64,000 nt of DNA from the NCBI GenBank assembly GCA_963663385.2, contig CAXXXD010000004.1:640001-704000 (forward strand), in the 5' to 3' direction. This document shows positions 58,475-64,000 of the stretch, one piece after another (positions within the stretch are counted from its first letter, which is position 1; each line of letters begins with the position of its first letter). The stretch comes from Oceanispirochaeta sp. (GTDB lineage Bacteria > Spirochaetota > Spirochaetia > DSM-2461). A program made the translations under genes and the position numbers. Below the pieces are notes generated by a model. It made no database searches. It was not told where the DNA came from and was given only the letters and a program-made list of their open reading frames with translations.

Positions 58475-59650
58475 ATGAACGGAAGAGAACGATTACTGAC
58501 CGTATTAAACGGTGAAAGGGCAGACCGGGTCCCGGTTACCCTTTTTATTCAGGGACAGGGGCATTTCATAACCCAGGTAAACCCGGAGACCGACCCCTGG
58601 GATTTTATAGCCATCCAGAAAAATGTCATTGATTATCAGAAGAGCCTGGGGCTGGATGTCCATGCCAGGATGCTTTTTTTCAATCCCCATAAACCGGTTT
58701 TTGCCCATCTGGGGTATATGAATGTGGATGTGCAGACCGAAAACTGGGAAGTGAAACACTGGGAGGAGAGCAATGGTAATACGGTACTCCATAAATACGA
58801 GATAAAAACCCCCGAAGGGACCTTGAAGCAGACTTTCTCCATTAACGAACTCAGACCCAAAACCTATATGTATGCCTGTACGGAAAAGCCGGTAAACGGA
58901 CCGGATGATCTGAAAATCGCCATGAAGTATGAGCCGGCCTATTCGAATGAAGTCAAGAGTGAAATGAAGAGGAATGTGGCGGCTGTCAAGGCGGAAGTCG
59001 GAGATTCGGGTATCCTCTCCGCCTGGACCAACGGCGGTCTGTTCAATAATATTTCCGGTTTTATAGATCATGAAGTGCTCTATTCCATCTTCCTGCTGGA
59101 TCCGGAGTATTACGGGGCGCTCATGGCTTTTGCCAGAAAGCGGGTTTATGATTTTACCGATGCCATCATCCAGACCGGTGTCGATGCCCTCTGTGTGGGA
59201 GGGAATGTAGCCGGAGGTTTTCTGGGAGAGAACTGTTTCGATGAGTATATCCGCCCCTTTGAAACAGAGTATATAAACCATATCCAGAATCAGGAAAAAC
59301 CGGTTATCTACCATAACTGCGGCGATATTATGAACCTGATCGAACCCTATAAGAAGATGGGCATCAAAAATATCGAACCCTTCAGCCCCCGCCCTCTGGG
59401 CGACGGCGATCTGGAAGTTCTGGCGCAGAGAATGAACGGAGAGTTTACGGTAACCGGGGGGGTGGACCAGGTCAATGTGATTCAGAAGGGGAGTGTGGCC
59501 GATGTGGAGCGCGCTACCATTGATACAATCACCAGAGGCAAGAAGCTGAACCGGTATATCCTGCAGAATGCGGATTTTCTGGAGTACGGGACTCCCCTTG
59601 AAAATGTGGAAGCCTATGCCCGGACGGGACTGGCCAACGCGGGGTATTAA
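58475..59650 (+). CDS. Uroporphyrinogen decarboxylase / MtaA-like protein
   Basis: RERLL..L.GE.ADRVPV, TPEG.L, IYHNCG, GGVDQ, GTPLENV. Confidence 0.88.
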   Translation: MNGRERLLTVLNGERADRVPVTLFIQGQGHFITQVNPETDPWDFIAIQKNVIDYQKSLGLDVHARMLFFNPHKPVFAHLGYMNVDVQTENWEVKHWEESNGNTVLHKYEIKTPEGTLKQTFSINELRPKTYMYACTEKPVNGPDDLKIAMKYEPAYSNEVKSEMKRNVAAVKAEVGDSGILSAWTNGGLFNNISGFIDHEVLYSIFLLDPEYYGALMAFARKRVYDFTDAIIQTGVDALCVGGNVAGGFLGENCFDEYIRPFETEYINHIQNQEKPVIYHNCGDIMNLIEPYKKMGIKNIEPFSPRPLGDGDLEVLAQRMNGEFTVTGGVDQVNVIQKGSVADVERATIDTITRGKKLNRYILQNADFLEYGTPLENVEAYARTGLANAGY

Positions 59651-59654
59651 AGAT

Positions 59655-59679
59655 AAAAAAGACCGGCAATTCGCCGGTC
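59655..59679 (-). terminator. Terminator between convergent URO-D genes
   Basis: GACCGGC-AATTC-GCCGGTC hairpin with a T tract on the minus strand. Confidence 0.65.
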
Positions 59680-59704
59680 CTGGTTCAGGAATAAACTATT
59701 TTCA

Positions 59705-60904
59705 TTACACAGCACAGTCGGGGCACCGGTCGTGTTCCAGGGAGTAATCTTTCCGTATCTCCCTTTTTCCGGCTATATCCAGGCGCCGGCGCTGGATTCG
59801 TTCAATATCCAGGGGATAGGAGCCGTATTCGTGAACTGTGTTATACATGGTTTCGATATTAAGCAGAGGGATCTTGTCGTGGACCTCGCTGGAAGAGCCT
59901 ATAAAGAGCTTTCGGGACGGTCCGATCCTCTCAATCAGTTCAAGGGTTTCATCCTCCACATCAAAGGCATTCCCGAAGGGGAGGGTCTCTTCGCAGCAGA
60001 CATTTCCAAACAGGAATTTATCAGGCCAGGCCCGGTGAATCTCAAAAATATCGTTGCATCCGCAGCGTTCTATGGGATTGAGTCCCTCTGCATGGAACTT
60101 GTTCTCTCCCAGGATAATATCCAGCAGAGCCCCGTAGCGGCCGTCCGTATGGAAGAGAAAGGATCCTCCCTTTTCCCGGATGGGCCGGGCGATTTTCAGC
60201 CATCGTTCCAGACAGTTCTCCTCTATCCACAGGGGAGAAAAAATGGGGCCGTTGGAACCGGCCATATCCTCACCCATAAACTGCAGGGGCGGTGTAGCAT
60301 TATCCGCATAGACTTTTGTCAGAGCGGCGGAATAGGCTGTGGTACAGTCCAGTATATGATCGATCAGCTCAGGCGCATCGTAAAGGACCATGGAAAAGAG
60401 TTCCAGATCCACATAGGTATAGGCATCACAGAGGGGGCCTTCGACGCAACCGATATAGACCCGGTCCTGTGAGGCGAACCGTTGGGTGATGTTTTTCAGG
60501 TAGGGGGTGAACCACTCCCTGATTTCATCCTCTTCAGGGATGGACGGCATGTTTTTTTCAAGGCCTGCCAGATCATTAAAAGGACGTCTTGATATCCAGG
60601 CTGTATCGCCACCCTGTTCCACACCCCAGCTGGAGGGATCCACACCCATAAAGCGAATCCAGTTGTCTACCTTGTGCCTCATCCAGTGGTCCACAGGATC
60701 ATGGGTAAAGCGGGTAATATCCAGACCTATCCCTTTAAGAGCTCTGGCATTGATATCCAGCAGTTCATCGGAAGAGTATTTTCTGTCGTCCCTGTATCCC
60801 CCGTAAACCCGCAGGACTTCCGTGTTATCTATCAGATCATAGGTCATAATGCGGTCGACTTCCCGGCCCTGCAGGGCCTTTGTCATTCGTTCAAGATTAT
60901 TCAT
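59705..60904 (-). CDS. Uroporphyrinogen decarboxylase-like protein
   Basis: ERM..AL.G.EVDR, GEDMAG..GP.FSP, FHTDG, LNPIE, FGNV; AAGGAG RBS before ATG 60904. Confidence 0.82.
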   Translation of the reverse strand: MNNLERMTKALQGREVDRIMTYDLIDNTEVLRVYGGYRDDRKYSSDELLDINARALKGIGLDITRFTHDPVDHWMRHKVDNWIRFMGVDPSSWGVEQGGDTAWISRRPFNDLAGLEKNMPSIPEEDEIREWFTPYLKNITQRFASQDRVYIGCVEGPLCDAYTYVDLELFSMVLYDAPELIDHILDCTTAYSAALTKVYADNATPPLQFMGEDMAGSNGPIFSPLWIEENCLERWLKIARPIREKGGSFLFHTDGRYGALLDIILGENKFHAEGLNPIERCGCNDIFEIHRAWPDKFLFGNVCCEETLPFGNAFDVEDETLELIERIGPSRKLFIGSSSEVHDKIPLLNIETMYNTVHEYGSYPLDIERIQRRRLDIAGKREIRKDYSLEHDRCPDCAV

Positions 60905-60971
60905 GCCTTGCTCCTTTCGCATAACGAATAAATATAAAACCGGAACAGGATTGTTCCGGCTGCAGTAAATT

Positions 60972-61958
60972 TTAATTTTTGGTATTTACCTGTTTAAAAC
61001 GGTCAATCAGCACGGCGATAAGAAGAATAAGACCGCGCACAACGTACTGGTAGAAAGTCGGGATATTCATCAGGTTCATGGCATTCTGCACGGTACCCAT
61101 AATCAGAACACCTACGATAGCCCCCTGTATCGGTGCAACACCGCCCGAGAGGGATACGCCGCCGAGTACACAGGCTGAAATGACATCCAGAGAGAATCCC
61201 ACGGAGGTATTGGGCTGTCCGCTGGTCATTCTGGATGCCAGTACGACTCCCGCAAAACCGGCCATCATTCCCTGAATGGTAAAAATGATTATCTTGATTT
61301 TGTCCACCGCTACACCGGCCAGACGGGTCGCTTCCATATTGCCCCCCATGGCCAGGGTGTTTTTACCGTAGGACGTGTTGTTCAGAAGAACTCCGAATAT
61401 GACAAAACAGACGGTTGTAATCCAGATAGGGTTGGGAATCCCCAGAACCTGTCCGTTTCCCAAACCGAAAAAGCGCATATCCGGAACACCTACGGCGCTT
61501 CCTCCGGAAACAATAAAGGCCAGCCCTCTGACAATCTGAGCCATAGCCAGTGTTGTAATCAGAGCATTGATTTTGGCTTTGGCAATAATCGTACCGTTAA
61601 TCAGGCCGATTAAACCGCCGCCCAGAATCCCGGATACCACACCCAGAAAGATGCTTCCCGTCGCATTGATCATCACAGCAGCGGTTACCCCGGAAAAAGC
61701 GACGATATTTTCAACAGACAGATCAAAGTCTCCGGAGGCCAGGCAGAACAGCATGGTACAGGCTACCATTCCCACCATGGACACCGACAGGCCCAGACCT
61801 ATCATGTTTCTCCATGTAAAGAAGTAGGGGACGAAGATTGAGAGTGCGATAAACAGCAGGATGAAGATTACCAGCATCCCGGAATTCTCCCATAAATGCC
61901 GGATGAATTTAAAAATCTTATTCTCCGATTTCATGGCTACAGTATTTTCCATTTTCAT
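60972..61958 (-). CDS. araH: L-arabinose-type ABC permease
   Basis: GMVACTMLFCLASGDFDLSV, INALITTLA..QIVRGL, SRMTSGQP, VISACVLGGVSL. Confidence 0.9.
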   Translation of the reverse strand: MKMENTVAMKSENKIFKFIRHLWENSGMLVIFILLFIALSIFVPYFFTWRNMIGLGLSVSMVGMVACTMLFCLASGDFDLSVENIVAFSGVTAAVMINATGSIFLGVVSGILGGGLIGLINGTIIAKAKINALITTLAMAQIVRGLAFIVSGGSAVGVPDMRFFGLGNGQVLGIPNPIWITTVCFVIFGVLLNNTSYGKNTLAMGGNMEATRLAGVAVDKIKIIIFTIQGMMAGFAGVVLASRMTSGQPNTSVGFSLDVISACVLGGVSLSGGVAPIQGAIVGVLIMGTVQNAMNLMNIPTFYQYVVRGLILLIAVLIDRFKQVNTKN

Positions 61959-61970
61959 TTCCTTTTCTTG

Positions 61971-63485
61971 TTATACTGATTTTTCTTCACCGGCTTTATC
62001 CGGCAGAGCTTTGCTTAGAATAGCTTCATCCGAGTATTCCTCTTTCTCAAATGAACCGACAATCTCTCCTTCCCGCATAATAATCATACGGTCGGATACA
62101 CCCATAACTTCGGGCAGATCGCTGGATATACAGATAATGGACTTTCCCTCTTCCGCCAGATTATACATCAGCTGGTAAATTTCATTTTTTGTCCCCACAT
62201 CGATTCCCCGGGTGGGTTCATCCATAATCAGAACATTCACATCTTCCGCCAGCCACCGCGCCAGGATTACCTTCTGCTGGTTTCCGCCCGAAAGGCTTCC
62301 CACATTGTTCTCCCTGCTTGGGGTCTTTATCTGCAGGGTATCGATAAAGGAGTCTGTCGTTTCCTGCTCCGCTTTTTTGTCCAGAAAAAAACCGGCTTTC
62401 ATACTGTGGCGTCTGACGCTTATATTGATGTTTTCATCCACACTCCGGATCGGAATGATTCCATCGTCTTTTCTGTCCTCGGGACAGAAGAAAATCCCGT
62501 TTTCAATGGCATCCCGGGGCGATTGGATCCGAACCTTCTTATCCTCAAGGGTAATGGTTCCGCCGCTGTGTTTTTCCGCGCCGTAAAGCAGCCTCATCAA
62601 TTCGGATCGTCCGGCTCCCACCAGTCCGAAGAATCCCAGAATTTCACCTTTTCTCAGTTCAAAACTGGCCGGTTTCTTCAGTCCGGGACCGGAGATATCG
62701 TCCGCCCTGAAAACAGTATTCCCCAGGGGTCTGCTCCGGTAGGAGTAGATATCCCTGATATCCCGGCCCACCATGCGGCTCACAAGCAGGTCATGGGTTA
62801 CATTCTGCATATCCTGGAAGGTTTCTATTTTTTTCCCGTCCCGGAATACAGTAACGGAATCGCAGATCTTGAAGATCTCTTCCATCCTGTGAGAGACATA
62901 AATGATGGATTTGCCCTTTCCTCTGAGATTTCTGATAATGTCGAAAAGACGGATGGTCTCTTTGTCGGAAAGGGAGCTGGTCGGTTCATCAAAGGCTATA
63001 ATATCCGCATTATGCAGCAGCGCTTTGGCTATTTCTATCATCTGCCTCTGGCCGATGGGCAGATCTTTAATTTTCCTGTTAGGGTCTATATCTTCCAGTA
63101 TGTAGCTGAGTTCTTCACTGGCAATGGACTTCATCGCTTTAAAGTCGATCAGACCGGACTTTTTCAAAGGGTAGTGGCCCAGCAGCAGATTTTCTGCAAC
63201 GGTCATCTCCGGTACAAGGTTCAGTTCCTGATAAATAATGGCCACTCCTGCGTCCAGAGCGTCCCTGGTTCCCTGAAAATCCCGGGGGGTTCCATTAATG
63301 ATGACCTTTCCGTCGGAGGGGTAGTAGGCTCCGCTGAGGATTTTCAGCAGAGTGGACTTACCGGCTCCGTTTTCTCCGATCAGACCGCGAACTTCACCGC
63401 TCTGCACTTCGAAGGAAACTCCATCGAGAGCGCGAACCCCGGGAAAGCTTTTTGATACCGACTGAAATTGTAAATAGGGTGTCAT
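61971..63485 (-). CDS. araG: L-arabinose-type ABC ATPase (two ABC domains)
   Basis: GENGAGKSTL, IAFDEPTSSLS, CPEDRK, LSGGNQQKVIL, DEPTRGIDVG. Confidence 0.92.
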   Translation of the reverse strand: MTPYLQFQSVSKSFPGVRALDGVSFEVQSGEVRGLIGENGAGKSTLLKILSGAYYPSDGKVIINGTPRDFQGTRDALDAGVAIIYQELNLVPEMTVAENLLLGHYPLKKSGLIDFKAMKSIASEELSYILEDIDPNRKIKDLPIGQRQMIEIAKALLHNADIIAFDEPTSSLSDKETIRLFDIIRNLRGKGKSIIYVSHRMEEIFKICDSVTVFRDGKKIETFQDMQNVTHDLLVSRMVGRDIRDIYSYRSRPLGNTVFRADDISGPGLKKPASFELRKGEILGFFGLVGAGRSELMRLLYGAEKHSGGTITLEDKKVRIQSPRDAIENGIFFCPEDRKDDGIIPIRSVDENINISVRRHSMKAGFFLDKKAEQETTDSFIDTLQIKTPSRENNVGSLSGGNQQKVILARWLAEDVNVLIMDEPTRGIDVGTKNEIYQLMYNLAEEGKSIICISSDLPEVMGVSDRMIIMREGEIVGSFEKEEYSDEAILSKALPDKAGEEKSV

Positions 63486-63515
63486 GTAAAACTCTTTTAA
63501 TTTGATTGAAGATGA

Positions 63516-63544
63516 GAAGCGGGAGGAACGGCTCCTCCCGCTTC
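63516..63544 (-). other. Intercistronic stem-loop after the binding-protein gene
   Basis: GAAGCGGGAGGA-ACGGC-TCCTCCCGCTTC perfect 12 bp stem, typical mRNA-stabilising element. Confidence 0.7.
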
Positions 63545-63571
63545 CGGACTTGTATCTACTGATTATGAATC

Positions 63572-64000
63572 TCAGCCGTTTTCTTTAAGTTTCTGTTCGT
63601 AGTTATCCCGGTTCATCATAACAGCGGTTGTCCATGTGGTGGCAGGAGGTTCAACACCTTCGGTAATCCATTTGTAGACATATTCGCTTGTTTCATATCC
63701 GTGTCTTCTGGGAGAGATCAAGGCTGTGGCATAAAATCCGGTAATTTCGGATTTGGCAAACTCGGCCGTGGCTGTTCCGCTTCCGCCGATTCCCACAGCA
63801 CAGATGTCAGCAGCTGTAAATCCGTTTCCTTCACAGGCTCTGGTTCCGCCCATGGCAGCTTCATCATTCAGACCGCCGATCAGCCAGTGCTTAATCTGGG
63901 GGTTTTTGGTGATTGTGATATTGGCTGCGTTGAATCCGCCTTCTGTATCGGTTGTTTTTTCGGGTGATTCAAAAATAAAAGCTTTGTCGAATCCTTTTTC
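63572..64000 (-). CDS. araF: L-arabinose-binding protein, C-terminal part (5'-truncated by window edge)
   Basis: Open frame to the window end: TDTEGGFNAA..T.NP.IKHWLIGGLNDE..MGG.RA.EG, HGY.T, W.T.GVEPP. Confidence 0.88.
   Translation of the reverse strand, partial: EKGFDKAFIFESPEKTTDTEGGFNAANITITKNPQIKHWLIGGLNDEAAMGGTRACEGNGFTAADICAVGIGGSGTATAEFAKSEITGFYATALISPRRHGYETSEYVYKWITEGVEPPATTWTTAVMMNRDNYEQKLKENG

Noticed and set aside
55197..60904. Naming the URO-D proteins hemE
   Set aside because: They lack the MRQAGRY HemE signature and sit in a sugar context
62406..63455. 349 aa plus-strand ORF
   Set aside because: Shadow of araG

Overview
A 64 kb bacterial chromosomal window. Gene content (FtsX-permease/LolA-like lipoprotein cassette, Ig/FN3/LVIVD lipoproteins, glutamine synthetase III, tRNAs without encoded CCA) suggests a free-living anaerobic spirochaete; this is inference, not a database result. 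In order: a lipoprotein export-like cassette with a possible cargo lipoprotein, an AT-rich two-component islet, a large LVIVD lipoprotein, tRNA-Asn, a sigma-54 nitrogen-assimilation locus (NifA-like activator, amtB, glnK, GSIII), a biotin ECF operon with a divergent BirA, a TPR/lipoprotein cluster, a POTRA beta-barrel protein, RNHCP-rsgA behind a leader peptide, chemotaxis/sensor genes, two initiator tRNA-Met genes with tRNA-linked repeats, a hisC operon, an intergenic region holding two candidate anti-Shine-Dalgarno sRNAs, and a sugar locus (DUF5107, three URO-D-fold proteins, araFGH-like ABC). No CRISPR array, rRNA, transposase or integrase was seen. The most novel-looking signals are the paired candidate ECF-sigma sRNAs (45.0-45.4 kb), the TACA-N4-TGTA enhancer pairs of the nitrogen regulon, the 171-172 bp tRNA-fMet tail repeats, the RNHCP-rsgA attenuator, and several enzyme homologues lacking catalytic residues. 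All family calls are from motif recognition by eye.
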